Shown: positions 51,388-62,009 of the stretch, in pieces
Layout: the number at the start of each line of letters is the position of its first letter
Numbering within the stretch: the stretch's first letter is position 1
Source: an uncultured virus (IMG/VR IMGVR_UViG_3300018878_000140)
Taxonomy: Duplodnaviria > Heunggongvirae > Uroviricota > Caudoviricetes
DNA length: 64,000 nt
IMG/VR virus record: IMGVR_UViG_3300018878_000140
Location: 1-64,000 of that record
Strand: one strand, 5' to 3'
Program-made: the position numbers and the translations under genes
The notes under the pieces: model-generated
What the model was told of the DNA's origin: nothing
Databases searched by the model: none
The model's input: the letters and a program-made list of their open reading frames with translations, nothing else

Positions 51388-52323
51388 TTAGAGCTCAATC
51401 TTTGTCTCTGTTGTTACAGTACCATCTGCTGCAGGAGCTGATGCTGTTGCCTGCTGTACAGGTGCCTGCTGTGCAGGAGCCTGAGCCTGAGGTGCAGCAT
51501 ATACAGGAGCGCCATAAGGAGCTACTGTACCACCCATCATCATATTAGCCTGTGATACAAACTGCTGATTGGGAGCCATAGGATTTACTCCATATGTAGG
51601 TGCTTGCATGGGATTAACATTTGCGTTTGCAGGCATGCCGTTGGGAACATAGCCCTGGGGAGCCTGATTGTAATATCCCTGGTTAGCTGCAGGTGCCTGA
51701 CCATAATAACCCTGTGCCGGAGCTGCATATCCAACTGAAGGAACGCCTGCACCAAAGAGGCTATTATACATACCGTAGATATTTGTATCTGCAGCATTGT
51801 ACATACCACGTGCGCTGTAATACTTATTGAAAGTATTCATTGCATATTCGTGAATATCAGGATACTTCATAAGAAGCGGCATAAGAGTAAAGAGCTCTCT
51901 TGTGAGATCTACAGGAAGATCACCAGCCCATTTAGCATTCTGCATTTGATCGATGAGCTCAGTTACAAGAGCTTCAACTTCTTCTTTTGTCTTCATATCG
52001 GGCTTCCATCTAGCACCGCAGATAGGACAAAATACATCGCCGCTACCATCTGATACCTGCATAACTACATCGCGACCCTTATCTTTATGGGTACACATTG
52101 AGCGAAGTACGTCATTGCGATCAATCGATAACACAATGTTGCTTGTCGGACGAGCATTCTTAAGAATCTGAATTTCCTCGTCTGTCAAAGCATTCTGGTT
52201 TGCAGGAGTAGGAATCTGACTAAATCCCATTGCATTGTAACCAAACATATTAGGATCGTAGTTACCGTAATAGGGTTGTCCTGCTGCCTGCTGCTGTCCG
52301 TAGTAATAATTGTTCATGTCCAT
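51388..52323 (-). CDS. Zn-finger protein flanked by Y/G/Q/P/A/N-rich low-complexity regions
   Basis: CTH...CPICG core; QGYY/APQ-rich tails. Confidence 0.8.
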   Translation of the reverse strand: MDMNNYYYGQQQAAGQPYYGNYDPNMFGYNAMGFSQIPTPANQNALTDEEIQILKNARPTSNIVLSIDRNDVLRSMCTHKDKGRDVVMQVSDGSGDVFCPICGARWKPDMKTKEEVEALVTELIDQMQNAKWAGDLPVDLTRELFTLMPLLMKYPDIHEYAMNTFNKYYSARGMYNAADTNIYGMYNSLFGAGVPSVGYAAPAQGYYGQAPAANQGYYNQAPQGYVPNGMPANANVNPMQAPTYGVNPMAPNQQFVSQANMMMGGTVAPYGAPVYAAPQAQAPAQQAPVQQATASAPAADGTVTTETKIEL

Positions 52324-52490
52324 TTTTGTTACCTCCGTTTAAAATTTTATAATATAATAAAATGGATACCAATTGAGTATAGAGCACCACCTCTATACTC
52401 AACTATGATATACAATTACTTTTTTGTTTAAGCTAGTATAAATTTATACTTAAACTTTATGTAATTGTTAAATCATTAATAATAAAATTA

Positions 52491-53192
52491 TTATTCTTCT
52501 GTATTAGATGTTTCATCTACTTCTGTTTCTGGTACAATTGTTTCTTCTACAACTGTATCTTCTACATTAGATGTTTCATCTATAAGTACTTCTTCTACAT
52601 TAGATGTTTCATCTTTTATTTCATTAATATTAGATTCTTCATCTTCTGTTTTATTTTTTGCATTAACTTTTTCTACATAAGCATTATATTCTGCTTTAGC
52701 TCTAGTTTCTGCAAAATTTTGTGTGAAACGACCATTGTAATAATCGTCATTATCATTAACTGCCTTTTGACCATCAATAACGCCATGAGCTTTATTAATA
52801 TCAGTAGGTCCAAGATTAACAATATTTGGATTAAGAGCAGATTTAAATCTGTCAATGATGCGCTCTTTCCATTCATCGCTAACACAACCAAGTGAATCTA
52901 ACGATTCTTTAAGCTGTGGTATAGTCATTCTAGCTACTTCCATAGACTGAATATGCTCGTAAGCAACTGCGAATAATGATACAGTACCTCCAATATTTGA
53001 AGGTGATCTTTCTTTAATGGGTTCTGTTAAAGCGTAATTATAAAGAATTCCGTTTTCATCATCCCATTTAACAAACTGATATTTTGTAGACTCATCAATA
53101 AGTCTAAATGTATTATCTATATATACTATAAGTGGCCAGTTTTTACCTGCTTTAAGTATATTTCTTACTTTTATAACATCAGCTTTTTCCAT
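52491..53192 (-). CDS. Hypothetical protein with acidic repeated tail (DETSNVEE-like x3)
   Basis: SD aaggagg; DNA repeat attagatgtttcatct occurs three times. Confidence 0.75.
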   Translation of the reverse strand: MEKADVIKVRNILKAGKNWPLIVYIDNTFRLIDESTKYQFVKWDDENGILYNYALTEPIKERSPSNIGGTVSLFAVAYEHIQSMEVARMTIPQLKESLDSLGCVSDEWKERIIDRFKSALNPNIVNLGPTDINKAHGVIDGQKAVNDNDDYYNGRFTQNFAETRAKAEYNAYVEKVNAKNKTEDEESNINEIKDETSNVEEVLIDETSNVEDTVVEETIVPETEVDETSNTEE

Positions 53193-53275
53193 TTAAATAT
53201 GCCTCCTTATAATAAAATATTAATCCTGGGGGCTTACGCACCCAGGCTAAATATTTTTTAGTTTTACCAAAATGT

Positions 53276-53743
53276 TTAGAGATTAGAAATATCCCTAGTA
53301 TCTATCATTCTGATAGGCATAAGTGTTGTTATAATATCTGCACCATATGAAATAGCTTCAAACATTTTTAAAATTGCGTACCAATGTTTTGCTCTCATAT
53401 TCTGCACAACTTGTTCATTAGAAGCACGTATTCTTTCTTCAAGTATATTACTTGACGGAAAAGGTTTAATGCCTCTATTTAAACATTCATTAATATAGAA
53501 ATTTAATGAATTACAAATAACTACACTTGAATTATAGTTATCCTGTGCCTCAGCTATACATGCTTGTATAATCTGAGGGCTATGAAAATAATTATAATCT
53601 TGCTCCTGAATCATATCAAAACGAATATCTTTAACAATTCGTTTTACATTCTTACGAATCTCATCAAGAGGGATACGATTAAAGAAATTCGGATCATTAT
53701 TTTGACCACGTTTCTCTGCAAAATAACTTTGTCTTCCTGCCAT
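53276..53743 (-). CDS. Hypothetical protein
   Basis: 155 aa, SD aaggagg. Confidence 0.75.
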   Translation of the reverse strand: MAGRQSYFAEKRGQNNDPNFFNRIPLDEIRKNVKRIVKDIRFDMIQEQDYNYFHSPQIIQACIAEAQDNYNSSVVICNSLNFYINECLNRGIKPFPSSNILEERIRASNEQVVQNMRAKHWYAILKMFEAISYGADIITTLMPIRMIDTRDISNL

Positions 53744-53758
53744 TTCTCTTCACCTCCT

Positions 53759-54184
53759 TTATTCAAGATCTTGCGTATTAATATCTCCGTCCATAAAGGA
53801 TTTCATATCAATACGTTCTTTGTTGTCGATTATAAGATTCATATCATTCATTCTCTTATAATCATCTTCATCCCAATCGCCTTTGATATAATCTTCTATA
53901 TCAAATCCATCGGAATAGAATTCTCCGGCGTATTTCATAAATGCGTAAATAGATTTACGCTCGGCAAGAGTTACGGATTCTACTAATACGAAACTATGCT
54001 CTAAATCAATATCGTCAATAACGTTTTTAATGTATTCATAAGCTTCAGTTCGACCTGTAACAAGATCCCATGAATCTTGAACTCCAGAATCTATTTTAGC
54101 TCTAATACAAATTAAGTATTGGCGGTCTTCAGGATGTTTCTTAGTATTATCCACAATCTTGACCATTTCTTTTAATTCTGCCAT
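53759..54184 (-). CDS. Hypothetical acidic protein with N-terminal KEMVKIV tag
   Basis: 141 aa, SD aaggagg. Confidence 0.75.
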   Translation of the reverse strand: MAELKEMVKIVDNTKKHPEDRQYLICIRAKIDSGVQDSWDLVTGRTEAYEYIKNVIDDIDLEHSFVLVESVTLAERKSIYAFMKYAGEFYSDGFDIEDYIKGDWDEDDYKRMNDMNLIIDNKERIDMKSFMDGDINTQDLE

Positions 54185-54243
54185 AAATAAAATACCTCCT
54201 TTGTTTATTACACCTCTATAATATGCAATTTATTTAATTTTTA

Positions 54244-55449
54244 TTAGTTCATTTTTACATATATTAATGATGTATCTGCTCTCGATGCTCCAACCAAATT
54301 CATAGGTCTCTGAATATCACCGTGCATATATTCTTCAATATATACAACCTTACTCCATTGACCACCTTGAGATAGATATGTAGTTATAGCATATGCAAAT
54401 TCAAACATATTACCTTTAGAATACTTATTTTTACGTATAGAATCTCTAATTTTATAATCTGAAATCATATGCTTATAATTACATCTTGTATTGAAAAATA
54501 TAGCATTTGGAGCTAACTCTGGAGCTATAGTCATTGAGAATTGTTCACCATCATATGATGATACGTCTGGTTGACTTAATACTTTACATACTAATCCATT
54601 TGTAATATTAATTTCTGTACCATTAGAAAGTTCTACGCCTTCAAGCCAGTTATTAGATCTTGCTACAACTTTCTCTCCATATTGAGGCAAATCGGATGTA
54701 TAACCTTTTAATTTTCTAACACGAGCATTTATTTCATCTCTTGTTCTATTTGTGCCACAGATTATAATATCTGCCCATAGCAACATATCATCTGTTAATG
54801 CACTTCTATTTATAACTAAACTATTACCATGATATCCGCTTAATAATGGTAACCCCAATCCAGCCCTACCAGCTATAAAACTGATATCTTCTCTACCTAA
54901 CTGACGCATACATTTAGTAAGATGATATATCTTACCATCGGTAAGAAATGCAGGTTCATCATTTACAGGCGGTAACTGATTTTGGTCACCACAAACTAGA
55001 ATCTTTTTTCCAAATCGTTTTATGTGTTCTCCTACAGTTTTTGGCAAACAATATCCCTCATCAATTACAATAAGTTTAATGCTATCATCAAGTTTATGAA
55101 CTAATCTAAACCTTGGTATCATAATAGGTACATTCAAAAGAAGGTCTTTTACAACATCTCCATTTTTATCTTTCATAGGTACTGCTTCTACATGATATAT
55201 CCATGAATGTGCTGTTTTAGCATTAATAAAACCTTTCATTCTCATTACTAAAGAAGCTGTGCCTGTAAAACTCATAGGAGCTGTTTCTGTTAATATATCC
55301 AAATCAAGTTTTCGTATTATTTCCATCAATACAACAGATTTACCTGCTCCTGGAACACCATCGTATTGAAATACTGGTTCATCGCTTTTATAAAACCAAT
55401 CTACAGCTTCATCTACTACAAGCTGTTGTTCTTCATTAAGTACGATCAT
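54244..55449 (-). CDS. Dda/RecD-like SF1B helicase
   Basis: LNEEQ, G.PGAGKS, SFTGTAS, TAHSW, IDE, GDQNQLPPV, MRQ and AYAIT...SQG. Confidence 0.88.
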   Translation of the reverse strand: MIVLNEEQQLVVDEAVDWFYKSDEPVFQYDGVPGAGKSVVLMEIIRKLDLDILTETAPMSFTGTASLVMRMKGFINAKTAHSWIYHVEAVPMKDKNGDVVKDLLLNVPIMIPRFRLVHKLDDSIKLIVIDEGYCLPKTVGEHIKRFGKKILVCGDQNQLPPVNDEPAFLTDGKIYHLTKCMRQLGREDISFIAGRAGLGLPLLSGYHGNSLVINRSALTDDMLLWADIIICGTNRTRDEINARVRKLKGYTSDLPQYGEKVVARSNNWLEGVELSNGTEINITNGLVCKVLSQPDVSSYDGEQFSMTIAPELAPNAIFFNTRCNYKHMISDYKIRDSIRKNKYSKGNMFEFAYAITTYLSQGGQWSKVVYIEEYMHGDIQRPMNLVGASRADTSLIYVKMN

Positions 55450-55717
55450 AAATAATAACACCTTCTTTTATAAGACGCTTTTTCTCAGTTTTATTAATAA
55501 TTAAAAAATCATCACCGTTTTTTAATTTATAATATTTAAGCATCTTATCGCCATTTTCTAATAAAAATTTATTATATTCATCATCAGTCATTTCAACTTT
55601 ATCTAAATATAAATTTAATTTATTATTACTAGAAATATATGTTTTTGCTATTTTTTCATTTAAACAAAATCCATTTAAATTATTATTTGATGATTCATAC
55701 ACCATCATAACTACCAT
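55436..55717 (-). CDS. Hypothetical protein
   Basis: 93-aa ORF in the operon. Confidence 0.6.
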   Translation of the reverse strand: MVVMMVYESSNNNLNGFCLNEKIAKTYISSNNKLNLYLDKVEMTDDEYNKFLLENGDKMLKYYKLKNGDDFLIINKTEKKRLIKEGVIIYDRT

Positions 55718-55729
55718 ACTAGATAATCC

Positions 55730-56239
55730 TCACTTTTTATCTTTTTTATCTCTTTCAATAATAATATCCATATCATTAAAATCATATAAATGAGTGCGCT
55801 TAGTGATTTTACAAATCAAATTAAATACACGTACTGACTCATTCATAAATGGATCTGATTTAATGCATTCAGTTTTTCCATTTTTAATATATGACATTGC
55901 AAATACACCCTTAGTACTTCCAGGTATTATACACTGATCTAATGATAAAATGTCATTATGGATATGATCATGTAACCATGCATTAGCTAAAGTCTCACAA
56001 AGTTTTGGATTTTCTAAAAGATTAAAATCAATTTCATTAGCGTTTAATACAGGATATTCATAATCCCTGTATTTAAGGAATTTTTCATTAATAACAAGAG
56101 CATGATCTGTTTCTAAATTAAATACATGATCATTATCATCAATATCAAGACCAGTTTCACGCATAAATGCGTCATTAAATATAAGTGTGGTTCTAAATAT
56201 TTTTTCTTTTTGTTTCTTTGTCATAAAAGATCCCTCCAT
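55730..56239 (-). CDS. Hypothetical protein
   Basis: 169-aa ORF; the likely start is the second Met, after ggagg. Confidence 0.7.
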   Translation of the reverse strand: MEGSFMTKKQKEKIFRTTLIFNDAFMRETGLDIDDNDHVFNLETDHALVINEKFLKYRDYEYPVLNANEIDFNLLENPKLCETLANAWLHDHIHNDILSLDQCIIPGSTKGVFAMSYIKNGKTECIKSDPFMNESVRVFNLICKITKRTHLYDFNDMDIIIERDKKDKK

Positions 56240-56326
56240 AAAATATTTATTATTTTCTTTGACATTGTTATAATATACATTTATAGTTTTATTTATGATT
56301 ATTTTTAAGTCCGGAGGTGTATAAAA

Positions 56327-56719
56327 ATGAGCAAATTTGTAGGAAGCTTTACTAAGCAGATTAATCTTCAGACTGAAGTGGCTATATTACAAAAAAAGAT
56401 ATTAGCTTTCAAACCATGTTATGCTAAAGTAATAGTACCAGCTCTTATGGGGAATAATACAGATTATACAATAGATTTACCTATGCCATTACATCTATCT
56501 ATTACATATGGAGATAAAGTAATTCCAGAGGGTACTAAATTAATAATTCAAACAGTAGCTGGAAATTATAATGATTTTAGAATTATAGGATTTTATGATG
56601 ATCCAAAACCATTTGATTTCATTTCTTTTATAAAAAAATATATAACTGGAGAAGAAGATATATTACCAGATGATTATCGAAAATTTGATTATGATGAGAT
56701 TACAGGGGGTGATATTTAA
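56327..56719 (+). CDS. Hypothetical protein, possibly baseplate-associated
   Basis: SD ggagg; GACA-N6-TA at 56261-56272; coupled to the next gene. Confidence 0.6.
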   Translation: MSKFVGSFTKQINLQTEVAILQKKILAFKPCYAKVIVPALMGNNTDYTIDLPMPLHLSITYGDKVIPEGTKLIIQTVAGNYNDFRIIGFYDDPKPFDFISFIKKYITGEEDILPDDYRKFDYDEITGGDI

Positions 56720-57204
56720 TGCCTAATAGCAGTGTAATAGAATATACATACGACTATCAAAAACCAGAAAAAACATGGACACTTGATCAATTTATAGCCT
56801 GTCAATCTGATACTGTATTTTGTTATAATAATTTATCTTTTATAGATCAGATAGATAATATTAAGTATAACGTATATAATGTAGCTTCTGATTATATTGA
56901 TGAGTTACGAGCTAAATACTGTATAGATGTAGAGTTAACAGATGAACAATTAACAAAATATAAATATCGTCCTAAATTATTATGCTATGATATTTATGGC
57001 AGCCAGGAATTATATTATATAATTCTTATAATAAATGATATTTGTTCTATTAAAGATTTTGTAAAAAATAAAATAAAATTACCAACAAGAGATAATATGG
57101 CTGAACTTACCAAAGCAATAATGAATTCCAATAGAACAGATATTCAAAAATATAATGATGCTAATATAAGAACCTCTGCAGAAATTGAAGAAAATAAAAA
57201 ATAA
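56719..57204 (+). CDS. Baseplate wedge gp53-like / LysM-like protein
   Basis: YRPKLLCYDIYGSQELYYIILIINDI matches the RPD.i....YG...lywii...N.I motif. Confidence 0.65.
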   Translation: MPNSSVIEYTYDYQKPEKTWTLDQFIACQSDTVFCYNNLSFIDQIDNIKYNVYNVASDYIDELRAKYCIDVELTDEQLTKYKYRPKLLCYDIYGSQELYYIILIINDICSIKDFVKNKIKLPTRDNMAELTKAIMNSNRTDIQKYNDANIRTSAEIEENKK

Positions 57205-57237
57205 AATATTTACAAATAATATCCCAGGTAGGTGATC

Positions 57238-58959
57238 CTACCTGGGAACTATTGTGCACATTACTTTTTTACCATTTATAATATTACTATTATTAAAATA
57301 TTCAAGGTTTCTAGATGCAAATCCTGATGCATTTGCAAACATATTTTCCACATCATCAGATGGTAATTTAACATCATTAAATTCTACTATTTTACCAACT
57401 GCTCCATTACTTGGTGCGGCGCCATTCAATTCTACTTGTTCTCTCATAGTTATCTTATGAACTGGTACTGGCGAGAAAATATCTTCAACAAATTTAATGG
57501 TCTTACTAATATAAGGTAGATAACAAGTATGAAGATCATTATTAATATAATATCTACTTTTTACTCGTTGTATACCAAGATATCTATTATTATCTTTATC
57601 ATATTCTGGAGCTATCAGACAAATCCAGTCACTATTCTCAAGAATAAGATTAGATTCACCAACATTAGCTCTGCCAATAAGTCTTACTAAATCTGCTTTA
57701 TTCTTAATACGAGCTTCGTCTACAGAACTTGTTGCTGTTCTATTCAACTGAGAAGCTGTGATAACAGGAATATTTTTAAGCGTAGCAAATGTTTTAAATT
57801 CATTTATAACTGCACCTAATTGTAATCTTAAATCGCCACCAAATGCACCTTCAACTGAACGAATACGTTTCATATAGTCTTGAAGTATACATATAACTTC
57901 ATATCCTTCATCTTCAAGATCTTCGGTTAATGTATAAAGATAGCTTGTATCTACAGATAAATTTGGTTTAAATTTAATAATAATATCAATAGGATCATCA
58001 GTTGTCATTCTTAAGTTACCTTGATTCTTAAGTATTTCAATTGCATCTTCCAAAGAATAATTGAGCATACCTGAACCAACACACATGCTAAATAATCTTT
58101 CTACAGATTCTTTAACACCATTTTCCATAACAAGCAATACAACACATGGTCTTTTTGTTGGATCAGCACATTGATAATTACGATTATATCTTTTAATCTG
58201 AATTGCCATATCGAGCAATGTACTAGATTTACCTTCACCAGGTAATCCTAATATGGTATAAACTCTACCGGCTTCAACACCGCCACCTGTTAATGCATTT
58301 AAAGCTTGTACACCAAACTGAAGTTTATTAGATGGTGATGATAACTGACGATACGTGTCCGTCATTGCTTCTATAAATGTATCTCCATCTAATGAGAATG
58401 TTATATCCTCAGCAGTATCAGCTTTAGATCTACGAAACTTAACTTGTAAAGCATTAACCCAATCTTCAATTTCTTTAACAACAGCCCCTCTATTAATATA
58501 GTCTGTTGCTTTAAATTTAGTTAATAGAGCTAATCCTTTATCTATATCATTATATATAATCGCATATTTAAGAGTTTCTGATACTGTATTATTAACCCAC
58601 TGAACTTCATTATTATTAAGCTCAGAAAGTCCATCTATTTTTTCACCGCCAAGACCACCTGCGATTTGGCTTAATATCATATTTTTATTATTAAGGTTAT
58701 GGGTTAATCTAGCATCTATACCTTTCATAATAAAATCTATTCTTGATAAACGTTCTTGATCACCATTATAATTATCCATATTCATAGTAAGAAACAAGTT
58801 TCTCATATTAATAACATTTCCTCTATGAATATTTCTATTTTCACTTACTATATAAGCACACATTAAGTCAAGTTCTGTAATATCAAACTTGACATCAATA
58901 ACAAAATTTTGATTCTTTATAGGTGAACCAGGACCATATCTCTGCCTTCTATTTTCCAT
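57238..58959 (-). CDS. dnaB: DnaB-like replicative helicase
   Basis: G...LN.LTGGG, Walker A GLPGEGKS, LVME, QDYM, ITASQLNR, GES and KSR; C-terminal KKVMCTIVPR tag. Confidence 0.9.
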   Translation of the reverse strand: MENRRQRYGPGSPIKNQNFVIDVKFDITELDLMCAYIVSENRNIHRGNVINMRNLFLTMNMDNYNGDQERLSRIDFIMKGIDARLTHNLNNKNMILSQIAGGLGGEKIDGLSELNNNEVQWVNNTVSETLKYAIIYNDIDKGLALLTKFKATDYINRGAVVKEIEDWVNALQVKFRRSKADTAEDITFSLDGDTFIEAMTDTYRQLSSPSNKLQFGVQALNALTGGGVEAGRVYTILGLPGEGKSSTLLDMAIQIKRYNRNYQCADPTKRPCVVLLVMENGVKESVERLFSMCVGSGMLNYSLEDAIEILKNQGNLRMTTDDPIDIIIKFKPNLSVDTSYLYTLTEDLEDEGYEVICILQDYMKRIRSVEGAFGGDLRLQLGAVINEFKTFATLKNIPVITASQLNRTATSSVDEARIKNKADLVRLIGRANVGESNLILENSDWICLIAPEYDKDNNRYLGIQRVKSRYYINNDLHTCYLPYISKTIKFVEDIFSPVPVHKITMREQVELNGAAPSNGAVGKIVEFNDVKLPSDDVENMFANASGFASRNLEYFNNSNIINGKKVMCTIVPR

Positions 58960-59029
58960 GGTTTCCCTCCTAACCTAGACTTGTGTATTTAAATGTCTAG
59001 GTTAATAATATAATTAAATTTATTTGGTA

Positions 59030-59473
59030 TTATTCATCTTTATCCCAAGTGACATCTAAATTACCATGCATCGCCATTTTTCTCAATGTTTGTCTTTTTT
59101 GCCATTCTTCACATTCTGATTCTAGTAATTTTTGATATTCTTCACAACTTTCAATCATATTTCTAACTGTATTAATTTTTATATTAGTATATGAGTGATC
59201 ATAATTTACTTTAACCCATGATATTAGTAAAAATCCTATGATGTAAATACCACAAAATATACCAATTGATTTTAAACATGGTAACCAGCCTTTAGTCACA
59301 CTTATATAAATACTCGATATAACCATAAACCAAACTGCAATAGTTTTTATTGTACGAGTAAAGCATTCAAATAAAGCATAATTAGCTGCAAATTTAATAT
59401 CTATATCAATAACTTTAGATGATATTTCTTTTTCGCATTCATCTATAGTTTTATAATAATAAATATTTCTCAT
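59030..59473 (-). CDS. Membrane protein (two TM segments)
   Basis: Two hydrophobic segments in a 147-aa ORF. Confidence 0.65.
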   Translation of the reverse strand: MRNIYYYKTIDECEKEISSKVIDIDIKFAANYALFECFTRTIKTIAVWFMVISSIYISVTKGWLPCLKSIGIFCGIYIIGFLLISWVKVNYDHSYTNIKINTVRNMIESCEEYQKLLESECEEWQKRQTLRKMAMHGNLDVTWDKDE

Positions 59474-59475
59474 TT

Positions 59476-60624
59476 CTATAAATCTCCTTCTAATAATTTA
59501 ATTAATTCATCTGATGATATAAATTCGTAACCTTCATTTTGATTTACATACATTACGAATTTATCATAATCTGATATTTCATTATCAAGAATATAAGAAT
59601 ATTGGATATTCTGCTCTAAAATAGTTTGATCTATTTCTTGCATTTGTTTATCCTTTTTATCTAATTCTTGTAATTTTACATTGTTAGAGTTTCTAAAATA
59701 GTTTCTAACAATATTCATATTTTCATTAGCATTATTAAATTGAACTCTAATGTAATCTATTCCTTGTTCTTCCTTAATCCTTTTAATATAATCAATAATA
59801 TCTTTAGGATCAGATTTAATCAAGTGATCAATATTGATAGTATTATAAATATAACTATCAATAGGAATTAGCTCAGTATAATGAGCTCTTTTATTTGGAT
59901 TATAAAGAGTTACTAGAAATCCTTTTTCTTGTTCCTCTCCAAATCTAAATCTTAATGGACTTCCATTATAATAAGCATACTCCTGATAACATCCAGGAAT
60001 ATGATAATGTCCCATAAGAATAACCCCTGCACAATTACAAAATGAGTTAATTGAAAATACAGGAGCATGATTGCTTTTTAAAGTAGCAATTTCAGAACCT
60101 TTAAATGAATCTTTAAAAGTTCCATGCATTAAACAAATATCATATCTACCTGAATTAAATAATACTTCATTATATTCTTCTTCAGGTATACCATATCGTT
60201 CTGGAATGCATAAAATATTTAATCCTTTAACTTGTTCGAATTGTATTTTTTCTACGATCCTGACATCTAAGTTTGGATTATTCATGTAATGATAGAATAA
60301 TGATAATTGACCATTATCATGACTTTGAGTTCCATCTACTATAATAAGTGTAGCATTTTTACTAGCACATAAATTAACAATATCATTTACCAATTGCATG
60401 GTATATGATATTATAGGATTATTACTCATAAATCTAGAATCAAATATATCTCCACATATTGCAAGTATATCAAAATCTAAATTTATTAATTTATCTATAA
60501 ATTGTTGTTTTAGCTGAGTGTACATATAATGCGGATCTAAAGCCCCCATATGTATATCAGATATTGAGACAATTTTATATACGTCCTTATCCATAATATT
60601 CCTCAACTGTTCCACGTAGTGCAA
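59476..60624 (-). CDS. sbcD: SbcD/Mre11-like metallophosphoesterase nuclease
   Basis: SDIHMG, CGDIFD, GTQSHD, MHG, GHYH, YNGS and EKGF. Confidence 0.88.
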   Translation of the reverse strand: MHYVEQLRNIMDKDVYKIVSISDIHMGALDPHYMYTQLKQQFIDKLINLDFDILAICGDIFDSRFMSNNPIISYTMQLVNDIVNLCASKNATLIIVDGTQSHDNGQLSLFYHYMNNPNLDVRIVEKIQFEQVKGLNILCIPERYGIPEEEYNEVLFNSGRYDICLMHGTFKDSFKGSEIATLKSNHAPVFSINSFCNCAGVILMGHYHIPGCYQEYAYYNGSPLRFRFGEEQEKGFLVTLYNPNKRAHYTELIPIDSYIYNTINIDHLIKSDPKDIIDYIKRIKEEQGIDYIRVQFNNANENMNIVRNYFRNSNNVKLQELDKKDKQMQEIDQTILEQNIQYSYILDNEISDYDKFVMYVNQNEGYEFISSDELIKLLEGDL

Positions 60625-61267
60625 TTACATTATCAATTGTACCTACTAATCTTTTAAATACTTTTTCCATATCCATATTAGTAGTATCTATCATGCTGTG
60701 CACTGCACCAATAGTATTAACATCTTGTATATATAATCTAGAATAAGCATCATTAATCTTCTTATAATCTTCTATAGGAAGTACATCATGCTTATTTCTT
60801 TCATGTCCTTCGGCTGCAGCTCTCTCTATAGCAACCTTTGGATCGCATAATAATGTGAATTCTAATATATAACTAGAATCAATTATAGGTTTTTTAACCA
60901 TACTTTCACACTGTTCGATAAATTTCATATTTCCATTTTTAAGTATTCCTTGATATACTTTAGTGGATTTAGCAAATCTATCTAATATTACCAAACATCC
61001 ATCATTTAATGCAGGTAATAAATTATTATTTATATTAATATTTCTAGCGGCATTCATTAACAGAATTTCTGTAGTAGGATCCATTTCATTATAAAGAATC
61101 ATATTACGAATATTTTCTGCTATTTCATTTCCGCCAGGTTCTCTAAAATATTTAGTATTATAACCTTTATCATTATAATATTCTACTAATTTTTTAGCTT
61201 GAGAAGTTTTTCCTGCCCCTTCTCCGCCTTCAAGTATTACTAATAAACCTTTAGTTATTTTTTTCAT
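60587..61267 (-). CDS. tmk: Thymidylate-kinase-family dNMP kinase
   Basis: LEGGEGAGKTSQ, REPGG, LM.AAR, ILDRF..S..VYQG. Start moved to MKKITK. Confidence 0.88.
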   Translation of the reverse strand: MKKITKGLLVILEGGEGAGKTSQAKKLVEYYNDKGYNTKYFREPGGNEIAENIRNMILYNEMDPTTEILLMNAARNININNNLLPALNDGCLVILDRFAKSTKVYQGILKNGNMKFIEQCESMVKKPIIDSSYILEFTLLCDPKVAIERAAAEGHERNKHDVLPIEDYKKINDAYSRLYIQDVNTIGAVHSMIDTTNMDMEKVFKRLVGTIDNVIALRGTVEEYYG

Positions 61268-61471
61268 AATAAAATATCCTCCATATTTATATTTCATACT
61301 TATAATATATCATTATATCTTTATTTCGCTTTAAATTATATTCCAACATATTTGTAAAAGTTATTTGATAACTTTTATGTGATGGTAAGACCGTTGCAAG
61401 GTAAAATATTTGTTCATTTTTGTTCTCCGGTACGAACCCCAAGAGGTTAACTCCTCTTGGGGGTAGTATCA

Positions 61472-61978
61472 TCAAAATTTTTTGTTTTTAAAATAATATG
61501 TAATTAATTCACATACTCCGTCCATTAAGCATGATGTAATAAACAAAAACTTTTCTTGATCGTAAATATCTATAAATTGATAATCGCCATCTATAAAAGT
61601 TATATATTCTTTTTCTGATTTTGTATTTTGACCTCTGCGTTCTATCTCAATATTAATTGTTCTAGATTCCTTAAGCAATACAAATCCTATGGTAAAAGAA
61701 TCTTTTTGTTTATAAAACATACTACATGCTGTTGATCTAGTGTAACCCTTTGGCAGGGTTCCAGTGAATAAATGTAATGAATCATTGTTTCCATACATAT
61801 ACGTATTTCTAAGAATTCTAATGAATTCATCTATACGACACATCTGATCAAATGACGGGCTTAATTTTTTACATTTTTTAATAAGTTTTCTATAAGCTCT
61901 CCAAGCCTTGATATCAAATTTATGTTTTCGCATAATAATGGGCTTTATAAATTCATTAACATTATCCATCTTTATCAC
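61472..61978 (-). CDS. Hypothetical protein
   Basis: 168-aa ORF with SD gaggtg. Confidence 0.7.
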   Translation of the reverse strand: MIKMDNVNEFIKPIIMRKHKFDIKAWRAYRKLIKKCKKLSPSFDQMCRIDEFIRILRNTYMYGNNDSLHLFTGTLPKGYTRSTACSMFYKQKDSFTIGFVLLKESRTINIEIERRGQNTKSEKEYITFIDGDYQFIDIYDQEKFLFITSCLMDGVCELITYYFKNKKF

Positions 61979-62009
61979 CTCTATTCTATTTCATTATTTT
62001 AATGCTTTA

